Source: Anaerohalosphaeraceae bacterium (GTDB lineage: Bacteria; Planctomycetota; Phycisphaerae; Sedimentisphaerales; Anaerohalosphaeraceae). From it: DNA of 64,000 bases. Made by a program: the position numbers and the translations under genes. Below the pieces are notes generated by a model that was not told the DNA's origin, did no database searches, and saw only the letters and a list, made by a program, of their open reading frames with translations. Shown piece by piece: positions 30,739 through 40,600 of the stretch. The DNA is taken from assembly GCA_050309605.1 (NCBI GenBank), contig JBNRMN010000063.1, forward strand, positions 1 through 64,000. The letters are read 5' to 3'. Positions within the stretch are counted from its first letter, which is position 1. Every line of letters starts with the position of its first letter.

Positions 30739-30775
30739 AAAAAAGGTACTCTATCCGTCGAGATAAAGTACCTTC
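30739..30775 (-). terminator. terminator of PEP-CTERM gene
   Basis: AAGGTACT..AGTACCTT stem with A-run on plus strand. Confidence 0.65.
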
Positions 30776-30804
30776 AAAAATTCAATACAAACACAAGCTG
30801 CTGC

Positions 30805-31485
30805 TTAGTGTTTACGACGGGTCAGCAGTCCGCCCAGACCCAGCAGAGCCAGCGTCATCGGCTCCGGGACGATATGGACGTTGTCGATTACCGGCCATTC
30901 TGAAGCACTGTTAAAACGAAGAAAGATTTCATCTCCCACGTTGGCGTCGGAAAGATCCAGAGTCGCTACAACGCTCCACATTTCATCTATGGTACCTGCG
31001 GGGCTGACACGTACATGCTCAAAGGATGCATAGTCCAGCAGGGTAACGCCGGCAACGCCGTAGATATCGGTATTGTCACCGGCGACAAACGAGCCGTCGC
31101 TGGCAAAAACAGAAACGGTCACTTTATCATGTCTGCCTGCGCCTGTATCATTGGGATGACCCCAATCGAAGCCAATCATAACCGACGTCTGGCCCGCTGC
31201 GATTCCAATACTCTGATAAAGGTACGACTGACCGGCCAAGGGATCCTCTGCGGACGAGCCGTTGGCAGATAAGACGATGACATTGGTTCCATTTGGTGTG
31301 ATCCAGGAAGCGTTGGTCTGCCAAGCGCCTTCCCAAAAACCACCGACGTTATAGTCATACCATCCGGTGACGTTGCTGATGTTTTCTCCGCCGCCTGTTT
31401 CAAAATCACCATTCGTAATCGTCAAGGCATTGGCCATTGACACCCACCCCACACACATTAAAACGCATACCACACTTCTCATCAT
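30805..31485 (-). CDS. PEP-CTERM sorting domain-containing protein
   Basis: signal peptide, ITNGDFE start of mature domain, C-term IVPEPMTLALLGLGGLLTRRKH; SD GGAGG. Confidence 0.92.
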   Translation of the reverse strand: MMRSVVCVLMCVGWVSMANALTITNGDFETGGGENISNVTGWYDYNVGGFWEGAWQTNASWITPNGTNVIVLSANGSSAEDPLAGQSYLYQSIGIAAGQTSVMIGFDWGHPNDTGAGRHDKVTVSVFASDGSFVAGDNTDIYGVAGVTLLDYASFEHVRVSPAGTIDEMWSVVATLDLSDANVGDEIFLRFNSASEWPVIDNVHIVPEPMTLALLGLGGLLTRRKH

Positions 31486-31721
31486 AATGCCCTCCGCAAA
31501 AACTTGTATAAGAGTTACGTTCATTCATTTTCACCCGCGGTTCATTGCTTGCCTTGTCTTTTCAACACCTCCTTTCTTCCGAATTGTTCACGCCTGTCGG
31601 CGTGTTTGTTAGATGAAAAGGTCATTTTAGATCTTATAGTAACACATTTTTATGTTATTATTCTACCTGAAAGTCCTTTGCGATGTCAAGAAAAAAAACT
31701 GTTTTTGTCCGATAAAATAGG

Positions 31722-32121
31722 CCAGTGCATTGTCCTGGTCTGAGATCTGCCGCCCTTCGGGGCGACACCAGCGCGGCACACCAGCGCGCACAACAGCGCG
31801 GCCGCGCAAGCGGCCCGATACGGGATACGGATAGATGGGACGTTTTCCAAGTCGCGACATTATCCGGCCGCTTGCGCGGCTCGGCTGTTGTACGATGACG
31901 CAACACAACAGCGCGGCGGCGCAAGCCGCCCGATGGGGATGCGGATAGATGGGACGTTTTCCAAGTCGCGACATAATCCGGCCGCTTGCGCGGCTCGGCT
32001 ATTGTAAAAACCAGCGCGGACACCAACGCGGCGGCGCAAGCCGCCCGATACGGGATACGGATAGATGGGACGTTTTCCAAGTCGCGGCATTATCCGGCCG
32101 CTTGCGCGGCTCGGCTGTTGT
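31722..32121 (+). repeat. composite REP element copy 2, direct repeat of copy 1
   Basis: same start GAGATCTGCCGCCC(C)TTCGGGG, same unit order and same linkers (TACGATGACGC; AAAAACCAGCGCGGACACCAACGCGG). Confidence 0.92.
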
Positions 32122-32123
32122 AA

Positions 32124-32189
32124 ACTCTCCCCCTGTCAAGGGGGAGTACCGCGAAGCGGGGAGGGGGTAAAAAACAAGAACAATTCGAC
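32124..32189 (+). repeat. family-C hairpin repeat
   Basis: CCCCTGTCAAGGGGGAGTACCGCGAAGCGGGGAGGGGG; inverted copy beside tnpA at 13526-13591. Confidence 0.85.
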
Positions 32190-32209
32190 TCGGCCTGAAG
32201 GGTCAATAA

Positions 32210-32382
32210 CGCCCTGAAAGGGCAATGATACCTTAGCCCAGCCCAACGGGCTGGGTCATGAGTTCGCCGGTCGCCGGTCGCCCTGTAAGGGCAATATAGG
32301 TTGCTCTTTCAGAGCGTCGAGGCGTATGGCCGATCTAACCCAGGGCGTTGCCCTGGGCTGGGGTATGCTGCCCCTTCGGGGC
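32210..32382. repeat. family-B inverted doublet (empty, MITE-like)
   Basis: GCCCTGAAAGGGC..AGCCCAGCCCAACGGGCTGGGT..GCCCTGTAAGGGCAA facing TTGCTCTTTCAGAGC..ACCCAGGGCGTTGCCCTGGGCT..GCCCCTTCGGGGC. Confidence 0.8.
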
Positions 32383-32702
32383 GACAACAGCGTGACGCAC
32401 CAGCGTGCGCAATAGCGCGGCCGCGCGAGCGGCCCGATGGGGCGTAACGCCGTGGGTGTCGTTATCCGGCGGCTGGCGCCGCTCGGCTATTGTAAACACC
32501 AGCGTGCACATCAGCGCGGCGCAATAGCGCGGCGGCACAAGCCGCCCGATGGGGATGCGGATAGATGGGGCGTTTTCCAAGACGCGACAGGATCCGGCCG
32601 CTCGCGCGGCTCGGCTATTGTATGGGTCGTTATCCGGCCGCTCGCGCGGCTCGGCTGTTGTTACGTGTCGCCATCCGGCTCACTCGCGCGGCTCGGCTGG
32701 TT
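32338..32702 (+). repeat. composite REP element copy 3
   Basis: family-B arm + family-A doublets + tail TTACGTGTCGCCATCCGGCTCACT. Confidence 0.88.
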
Positions 32703-32812
32703 AACTTTCGTGCCGGGGGCGATTATTTGAACGTATGGGATGAATACCTGGCAACCGATGGCGGCATTTGCTATAATCGCATCAAAAATCCTTTTTTGAA
32801 AGGGCAAAGGCG

Positions 32813-35329
32813 ATGCGATGCTATGGGTTCATTTTGGTTGTGCTGGTGCAAATGGCGGTGCTGTGCGGTGCGGAACTGGTGCCGTTTGTGATTCCACTGG
32901 AGATGGATGCGCAGTCGCCGCTGCGGATGGCATTCGAGCCGCTCAGCGCGGCGGATCGTTTAACCGCACGGGAGCATTTTGTCACGTCTGACGGGCGGCG
33001 GGTGCGGCTGTGGGGGGTGAATCTGTCGTTTGAGGCCTGCTTGCCGACGCATCAGGACGCCGAAAAGGTCGCCGACCGGATGGCCGAGTTCGGCGTTAAC
33101 ACGGTGCGGTTTCATCATCTGGACACCGCGTCCTGGCCGCGGGGCATCTGGAGCCGGGACGGCAAAACACTGCACCCCGAGGCGCTGGATCGGCTGGATT
33201 ACTTCATCGATCAGCTTGCCCGGCGGGGCATTTATACGAATCTGAATCTGCACGTGGGACGGGTACACAGCCGGCAACTGGGGCTGCCGCAGGCGGATGA
33301 AGACTACGATAAGATGGTGACTCTTTTTATGCCGCCCTTGATTGCCGCCCAAAAAGAATACGCGCAGGCTTTGCTAAGGCGAACGAATGCCTATCGCGGG
33401 ATGACGTATGCTGAGGATTATGCGGTGGCATTCGTGGAGATTACCAACGAAAACAGCCTGTTTATGTGGAGCGCGGAGCGCGTCCTGCCGACACTGCCGC
33501 CGGTGTATGCCGACGCATTGCGCCGACAGTTCAACGTTTGGCTCAAACAGCGGTATGAGTCAGCCGAACAGCTCGCCGAGAGATGGATGAAAGATTCCGA
33601 GCCGCTGGGCGCGCCGATGCTTCGAAACCCCGATTTTTCCGATTTTGGCGGTGACCGTTCCGCGCCGGACGAGTGGGTGCTTGAGCAGCATTCGGGTTGT
33701 CGAGCCGATTTGAAACAGGCCGTATTCAACGGCCGAGAGGCCTTGGTCATCGAACCGCGGCAGATTTCCGGAACGGACTGGCATTTGCAGTTCAATCAGC
33801 GTTCACTGGCTCTGCGGCAAGGGCAGATCTACACGCTCCGGTTGGAGGCTGCGGCACAGGAACCCTGCCGCGTCGTGGTTTCGGCGGGGATGGCGCACGA
33901 GCCGTGGGCGAATCTGGGGCTATGGAGGCAGGTCGAACTGGGGCCGCAGTGGCGGACGCTGACGCTGACGTTTACCGCGCCGCAGTCGGATAACAACGCC
34001 CGTGTATCTATTGCGTTTGGCCATTGCCAGACGCCGTTTGCCTTGAGACGACTGAGCCTGAAGACAGGGGCGGAGTATCGGCTGGAATCGGATGAGTCGC
34101 TGGAGGCCGGAACGATCAAGGTCTTTGTTGACACAGAGTCGCCTTCGCGGCAGAGGGATCGGATGGCGTTTCTGGCGGAAACGGAAAAGGCGTATTTTGA
34201 CGAGATGTACCGATATATCAAGGAGGACTTGCACTATCGGGGTCTGGTGACCGGGACCATCGTATTCGGTCCGCTGGGGCTGTATGCCCAGAGCGATATG
34301 GACTTTATCGACAGTCATGCGTATTGGCAGCATCCGCGGTTTCCGCGGCGGCCGTGGGATGCGGGCGATTGGCTGATTGACCAGAAGGCGATGAGCGATC
34401 ATCCTGATGAGGCGACGCTGTTTCGTCTGGCCGCCGAGCGGCTTGCGGGAAAGCCGTTTACCGTCAGCGAATACAACCATCCTGCTCCGCTGGACAGCCA
34501 GGCCGAGTGTGTGCCGATGATTGCCTCATTTGCCGCAGTGCAGGATTGGGACGGCCTGTGGCTCTATACCTATTCGCACAGCAATAATGCGTGGGATCGA
34601 GAACACCTGAACAGCTATTTTGACATCGACACCAATCCGGCCAAGTGGGGCTTTGTGCGGGCCGGAGCGACTGTCTTTCGTGATGGAAGCCTCCAGCCGT
34701 TCAGGCCGCTTGTGACAGGCCTGTCAATCGAGTCTGTGGAAGCGTTGGCCGGCCTGCATTTGAAGGCCGGGCAGAATATGCTTGCCGCCATAGGGCCTGC
34801 GGCAAAACGAGAAATGCTTCGTTTCGAGGGACAAGCTGCCTCAAAGGCGTATATGCAGTGGGACGTCATCGACGGCAAAGGCCTGTATGCGGTGGACAAC
34901 GACAGTTGTCGAATTCTGGCCGGCAGTACTGAACGCTTTCAATCTCTAACGCAGGGTTATACCGTTACGATCAATCAACCGGCGAAAGCGGCGATTACCG
35001 TCGTATCTCTGGACGGCAAGCCTTTGGTCACTGCGTGCCGCAGGATGCTGATTACGGCCTGCGGACGGTGTGAGAATACGGGGATGCAGTTTTCCGAAGA
35101 CCGCACGACGGTCGGTCGCAACTGGGGGACGGCCCCGGTGCGAATCGAGCCGGTGGTCGGCCACCTTCAGTTCAGTGCGGACTCGGTATTCAGCGGCCCC
35201 GGCGTGGTTTGCCATATCCTCAACGCCGACGGGTCGATACGCAGCAGTCTGCCGGTCAGCAAGGGACGCATTGACTTGGCCGCCGAGCATAAGACGATGT
35301 GGTATCTGATCGAGCGGCAAACGCCTTAA
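32813..35329 (+). CDS. secreted clan-A (GH5-like) glycoside hydrolase with inserted CBM4/9-like domain
   Basis: RLWGVN, GVNTVRFHH, LDYFID..RGIY, EITNEN (acid/base), SEYNH (nucleophile); insert RNPDF..WHLQFNQ..GQIYTL. Confidence 0.82.
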   Translation: MRCYGFILVVLVQMAVLCGAELVPFVIPLEMDAQSPLRMAFEPLSAADRLTAREHFVTSDGRRVRLWGVNLSFEACLPTHQDAEKVADRMAEFGVNTVRFHHLDTASWPRGIWSRDGKTLHPEALDRLDYFIDQLARRGIYTNLNLHVGRVHSRQLGLPQADEDYDKMVTLFMPPLIAAQKEYAQALLRRTNAYRGMTYAEDYAVAFVEITNENSLFMWSAERVLPTLPPVYADALRRQFNVWLKQRYESAEQLAERWMKDSEPLGAPMLRNPDFSDFGGDRSAPDEWVLEQHSGCRADLKQAVFNGREALVIEPRQISGTDWHLQFNQRSLALRQGQIYTLRLEAAAQEPCRVVVSAGMAHEPWANLGLWRQVELGPQWRTLTLTFTAPQSDNNARVSIAFGHCQTPFALRRLSLKTGAEYRLESDESLEAGTIKVFVDTESPSRQRDRMAFLAETEKAYFDEMYRYIKEDLHYRGLVTGTIVFGPLGLYAQSDMDFIDSHAYWQHPRFPRRPWDAGDWLIDQKAMSDHPDEATLFRLAAERLAGKPFTVSEYNHPAPLDSQAECVPMIASFAAVQDWDGLWLYTYSHSNNAWDREHLNSYFDIDTNPAKWGFVRAGATVFRDGSLQPFRPLVTGLSIESVEALAGLHLKAGQNMLAAIGPAAKREMLRFEGQAASKAYMQWDVIDGKGLYAVDNDSCRILAGSTERFQSLTQGYTVTINQPAKAAITVVSLDGKPLVTACRRMLITACGRCENTGMQFSEDRTTVGRNWGTAPVRIEPVVGHLQFSADSVFSGPGVVCHILNADGSIRSSLPVSKGRIDLAAEHKTMWYLIERQTP

Positions 35330-35331
35330 GG

Positions 35332-35410
35332 ACTCCAACTGACCGACGGCCGGTTTGAGAGATCAAAAATCAAAGATTGTAACTGTTCACCGGTTTTTTC
35401 AGTTCGACCC
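35332..35410 (+). repeat. internally deleted relative of the MITE-like element at 56724-56886
   Basis: ACTCCAACTGACCGACGGCCGGTTTGAGAGATCAAAAATCAAA matches 56724-56766; a further piece ATTGAGGATTCGCCCTTTCGGGCGAGCCATTT lies at 35701-35732. Confidence 0.75.
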
Positions 35411-35440
35411 ATTCGTTTAGGAAAGTCAATGACCGGCCGA

Positions 35441-35617
35441 CGCCCCTTCGGGGTGACACCAGCGCGGCAACAACGCGGCGCAACAGCGCGGCCGCGCAAG
35501 CGGCCCGATAGGGATGCGGATAGATGGGGCGTTTTTCCAAGACGCCACATGATCCGGCGGCTCGCGCCGCTCGGCTGTTGTTACGTGTCGCAATCCGGAT
35601 CACTTGTGCGGCTCAGG
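35441..35617 (+). repeat. composite REP element copy 4 (single doublet)
   Basis: CGCCCCTTCGGGGTGACACCAGCGCGG + family-A doublet + tail TTACGTGTCGCAATCCGGATCACT. Confidence 0.88.
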
Positions 35618-35845
35618 TCAAATGGCCTTTCAGGCCGAAAAAGTAAACATTTTCGGCCTGCTCCTGAACGCGGTGAACGCTTACCAAAGATTAGTGCAAC
35701 ATTGAGGATTCGCCCTTTCGGGCGAGCCATTTTACGGCCTTTTTCAGAACACTGTTCATAGTTCGTGGTTCTGAGTTCAACTCAAAACTCAAAACCATTC
35801 CTCGGGGTTCCATGATTCATCAAACAGTCATTTATTTTAAGAGGG

Positions 35846-36187
35846 CTAAGAGGCTCCCTTGATTTCTGTGCGAGCCGGGGCGACGCAGAAGATGTAAATC
35901 AGCGGTTCGGTGCCGGTGTTGATGATGTTGTGCGTGGTGTGCGGCGGGATGTAGCAGATTTTGCCGACGCCGACGTCCAGTTTCCGGTCTCCGACGTGAG
36001 CGGTTCCCTGCCCGGCCAGAAAGACCAATTGCTCTTCGTTGCCATCGGTGGAGTGTTGGCCGCAATCATTGCCCGGGGCCAGCCAGACCCGCCCGGATTT
36101 CATCCCGCAGCTTTCCGGCGCGCCGGGAATCAACCGCTGATAACTCTGTTCGCTATTCAATTCAATCACAAAGGTGTTCGGCATCAA
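35846..36187 (-). CDS. cupin domain protein
   Basis: HSTDGNEE..FLAGQG..YIPPHTTH..NTG. Confidence 0.88.
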   Translation of the reverse strand: MMPNTFVIELNSEQSYQRLIPGAPESCGMKSGRVWLAPGNDCGQHSTDGNEEQLVFLAGQGTAHVGDRKLDVGVGKICYIPPHTTHNIINTGTEPLIYIFCVAPARTEIKGAS

Positions 36188-36400
36188 TGTTTCCTTTCAA
36201 ATATGAATAAATGACGAGGGCCATTCCTACCGAAAGGGAGCAAAAAAGTCAACTCATTTGGCGGAAAAATGGTTAAATTTCGAAATTTCTCATGCTGTGA
36301 TCAGTGTCTTTCAAAAATTCCGCAGGTTTGTTATAACTCTATTTTTCATAAGAGGATAAAGACCGCTTGGCAGCTTTTTTCGAGCACCTGGACGGCTGTT

Positions 36401-36487
36401 TTAACCGGTCAACGAAACGGTTGAACGTCGAAATTGTATCGAAAAATTTCGTAACCGGTTGACGTTTTTCGAAATTAATGCTAAGAT
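36401..36487 (+). promoter_or_regulatory. sigma70 promoter with overlapping LacI-type operator(s)
   Basis: TTGACG (36459)-17 bp-TAAGAT (36482); palindrome AACCGGTT at 36453-36460; related TAACCGGTC and AAACGGTT upstream. Confidence 0.65.
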
Positions 36488-36493
36488 GTGGCT

Positions 36494-37552
36494 ATGTCGA
36501 AGCGTAAAATCAATCAGAAAGATATCGCCGATTCCCTTCGATTGTCGGTTGCCACCGTCTCGAAAGCGCTAAGCGGGGATTATTCGGATATCAATACAGA
36601 AACGCGGGCCCGTGTGGTCAATATGGCCAGTCAGCTTGGGTATATGCACGGGTCCCGTCGTCAACAAGCCATCGCCGAGGATACCGCATCATACCTGGTC
36701 GGTGTGCTGATTCTGCGCAAACTGCATGAATGGCAGCATACGACCTATTTTGCCGGAATGAGCGAAAAGTGCGCCAAGCTGAACGTTTCGCTCATTTTGC
36801 ATTATGTCAGCGAAGACAGCTGTGACCATATTTTTGACCAGGAACATCAGCCCCCGGCTATGCGCGAGGGGAAACTGTCGGGGCTGATCCTGGTAAACCA
36901 CTGGCCTCAGGAGATAGCGGCTCGTTTGGCCGCACGCCAGCCGTGCGTGTCGATCCAGCAGCCATATCCTCAGGCCCGCATCGATCTGGTGGGGGTCGAT
37001 GAGATGCAGGGCATTGATACGCTGAGCGATCATTTATACGGACTGGGTCATCGGCGTATCGGCTTTTTCGGGCATTGCCCGCAGGTGGACTTTGCCCGCC
37101 GCCGCTTCGGGGCCTATGTCAGTGCCCTGTGCCGGCTGGGGCTGGGCTATAACCCGGCCTATACCGTGCCCCTTTCGGCGGCGCATTTGGAAGATAAAGA
37201 GATTGTTCTCACCGGCCAAATCGAATCCGCCATACAACGGATTCAGCACGGGGTCCGAGCGTGGATTTGTGCCAGTGATTGGGTGGGATATTTGCTTTGC
37301 CGAGGACTTATCGATCGGGGATACAGCATCCCCAAAGACGTCTCCGTTGTCGGATTCGATGACAGTGAGGACAATACGCTCGGATGCCCCAAGCTGACCA
37401 GTATTTCCATTCCGGCTCAAAAAATCGGCGCTGAAGCGCTGCGTCGGCTGATCAACCGGGTGCGCCACCCGGCCAGCCCCGTTCTGCGGGTGATGCTGCC
37501 GTGCAAGTTGTTTGAGGCGCAAACGACCGGTGCTCCGCCCCGCGGCCTGTAG
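36494..37552 (+). CDS. LacI family transcriptional regulator
   Basis: HTH QKDIADSLRLSVATVSKAL..TRARV..LGY; GHRRIGF; IPKDVSVVGFDD; LTSI. Confidence 0.93.
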   Translation: MSKRKINQKDIADSLRLSVATVSKALSGDYSDINTETRARVVNMASQLGYMHGSRRQQAIAEDTASYLVGVLILRKLHEWQHTTYFAGMSEKCAKLNVSLILHYVSEDSCDHIFDQEHQPPAMREGKLSGLILVNHWPQEIAARLAARQPCVSIQQPYPQARIDLVGVDEMQGIDTLSDHLYGLGHRRIGFFGHCPQVDFARRRFGAYVSALCRLGLGYNPAYTVPLSAAHLEDKEIVLTGQIESAIQRIQHGVRAWICASDWVGYLLCRGLIDRGYSIPKDVSVVGFDDSEDNTLGCPKLTSISIPAQKIGAEALRRLINRVRHPASPVLRVMLPCKLFEAQTTGAPPRGL

Positions 37553-37628
37553 GGGGGACCGCGGGCACTTCGATGTCGTACCGCACGGTTGCCGGTGAAC
37601 AAAAAAACTCAAAAACAGGGAGATTGTT

Positions 37629-40600
37629 TTGAAGTCAACATGCGCCTCCGTATTCAACGTGACCGTGTGTGTGATCGTTGTGTGGTCTGTTGGCGGTCTG
37701 TTGCAGGCCGCTCCGTATGCCGGCGACATACTGGAACTTGAGCAGCCCGACGGGTCTGTGGTTCAGGTGCAATTCTGGGGGGACGAGTATTACGCCCGCG
37801 GGGAAAGCCTCGATGGCTATACCGTCGTCCGCGATCCGGCGACCGGCTGGATCGTGTATGCCCAATTGAATGAAGACGGTTCCGAGTTTATTGCGACCGA
37901 GGTGGTGTACGATCACCGCGTGCCGACCGATCCGAATCACCCGCTGCTTTTTGAGCAGTCTGACGTTCGTGCCGCCGGTCACAATCAGACACATCGCCGG
38001 TCGGGACTGCAGCGCCGGCTCCGTCAGCGGCAGGAGGTGGTTGAGGCGATTCATCTTGAGCGGCGAATCCAACTGCATCCCGAACGGTTTCTGTTTGCGC
38101 CGGCTGGTGATGACGGGGTGGATGCCGCCGATGCCCAGACGGCGCCCGCACCGGTGAGCGGTTCGGTCGTCGGGCTGACGCTGTTGGTGGAATTTCCCGA
38201 TCAGCGGGCAACGATTTCCGCCTCGGAAATTGACCGGTTTTGTAATGAATGGGGTTATACCGGCTACGGCAATAACGGATCGGTGCGCGACTATTTTTGG
38301 GAGGTGTCCGACGGACAACTGGACTACACCAATATCGTAACCGATTATGTTATGCTCAACAACAACAAGGGCTACTATGACAGTTGCGGAGACTGGGGCA
38401 AAGCCGGTGAATTGATCAGCGAGGCCCTGAATAAATTGTGCGCACAGGGCTTTGATTTTTCAGGCCTGACCCGCGGCAGTGACGGACGGGTCATGGCGCT
38501 GAATGTCTTTTACGCCGGGTCGCCGGCGTGCGGCTGGAGCGAGGGGCTGTGGCCGCATATGAGCACACGTAACGTAACAATTTGCGGAACCTCCTTCGGA
38601 CGGTACCAAATCACCAACATCGGCAACAGTCTGCGTCTGGGAACGTTTTGCCATGAGAACGGCCATATGGTACTCGGATACCCGGACCTGTATGATTATA
38701 CGTATGAAACAAACGGGGCGGGCAGTTTTTGTCTGATGAGCTACAGCGGCCCCGGCGAAAATCCGGTTCCGCCGTGCGGCTATCTGCGCTCGACCAGCGG
38801 CTGGGAGACGGTCGTCGATATCAGCCATGACCCGTCCGGTACGCTGCGCACCCATCCGGCCAATACCAACCTGAGCTACCGCTACTCGAATCCGAATAAC
38901 AGCCGGGAATACTTTTTAATCGAAAGCCGCCTCAAAACCGGGCGCAACAGCGGTCTGCCGGCCGAGGGGCTGTTGATCTGGCGAATCAATGAAGACGGCT
39001 CGAATACGTCCCCTGTGCCTCATCCGACGCATCCGTATCGTCAGTTCTTCCGTGTTGCGCTGGAACAGGCCGACAACCAGTTTCATCTTGAACGCAAGAG
39101 CAACTACGGCGATGCGAACGATTCATTCAGGGGCGGGTATCGCGACACCTTTGACGATTTTACCACACCCGACGCCAAGTGGTGGGATGAGAGTTTTTCG
39201 GGGCTTTCGATTACTCAGATTTCATCGGTGTCGGGACAGATGAGTTTTCTGGTCGGCGGAGGATTCAGGCCGACGGCGCATTATCGGTTTGAACGCAACG
39301 GACAGGATGCCTCGGACAACGGCTACCACGCCGTCGGCTACAATTTCCCCGGCGACGGTTCGTTTTGGTTCGGCGCCAGTTTCGAGGGCAGTTATTCCGA
39401 TTTGGGCGGGTCGCTTCAGCTCAGCGGTGCAGGCGAGTATGCCGAGTTGCCGTCGGCGGTGGGAGTCGGCGGGCAGATCGGGATTGCGTTCTGGATGCGG
39501 GCCGACCAGCGGGCCGATATGATTCCGCTGGATAAGTTCCCCGCCGATGCATCGGGGGCCGGCTGGAGTGTGCGTCTCCGAAATGACGGGCATATTGCCT
39601 TCCTGGTCGGCAGTGCAGGCAATCATACGGAAGTTGTCACGCGCCACCCGGTCTATGAGGCCGGACGATGGGGCCATGTCGCCTGCTCTTTCAAAGATGG
39701 GCAGGCTCGTATTTTTGTCAACGGTCGGCTTCGGGCGATGCGAAGCGGCCTGACGCAGACGCCCGATACATCGGTGATGCCGGTTCGTTTGGGTCTTGCC
39801 TCACAGGTTCATCCCGATTGGGCTTATAAAGGATTGATTGACGAGGTGCGTTTCTACGACATGGAATTGACCGAAGGCCGGCTTGACGCCGTTGACGGAT
39901 TGAACTTCAAACCCGGCCGAGGGGCGATTCTGCATTTGCCGCTGGATGAACGAAGCGGTGCCGTGGCCGAGGACTTAAGCCGACAGGGTCAAGACGGCAG
40001 TTTGAAAAACGGATTGTCTTTCGACAGCGATTCCGTGCCGGGGGTGGCCGCCGGTGCGCTGCGATTTGACGGGACGGATGATTACATTGAAGTGCCCGGC
40101 GGTTTCTACAGGTTTAACGGCGGCTTTACGGTGTCGATGTGGGTCTATCCTACGGAGGTCAAACAGTGGGCGCGTTTTATCGACTTCGGCAACGGCAGCA
40201 GTGCGGACAATCTCCTGCTGGCGCGGTATGGCACGACCAATGATCTGACATTTCAAGTGTATAACGGCTCGTCCGGCGGCGGACACGTTCGGGCGGCGAA
40301 TGCGATTGAGCTGAACACATGGCAGCATTTTGCGGCAACGATAACCGACGGCGGTTCTGTTGTCCTGTATAAGAACGGACAGGTTATTGCCTCCGGCACG
40401 ACGGGCAGTGCCCTGAACGTCTATCGCACACGAAACTATATCGGGCGGAGCAACTGGGACGGCGACGCTTACTATGCCGGCTTGATGGACGATATTCGGA
40501 TGTACAACGATGCGCTTTTGGCCTCGGAAATTCAGGCGCTGTATCAGCATCGTCGAATGGATTCGCCTTATCCCCTTCATGGCGCCGACGAGGTCAGCCC

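Noticed and set aside
30291..32702. CRISPR array
   Set aside because: Units are inverted hairpin doublets with near-identical internal spacers, not direct repeats with unique spacers; no cas genes.
30116..32891. Short ORFs within the repeat arrays (MSRLAKRPIY..., MENVPSIR...)
   Set aside because: They are translations of GC-rich REP units with no SD or protein-like composition.
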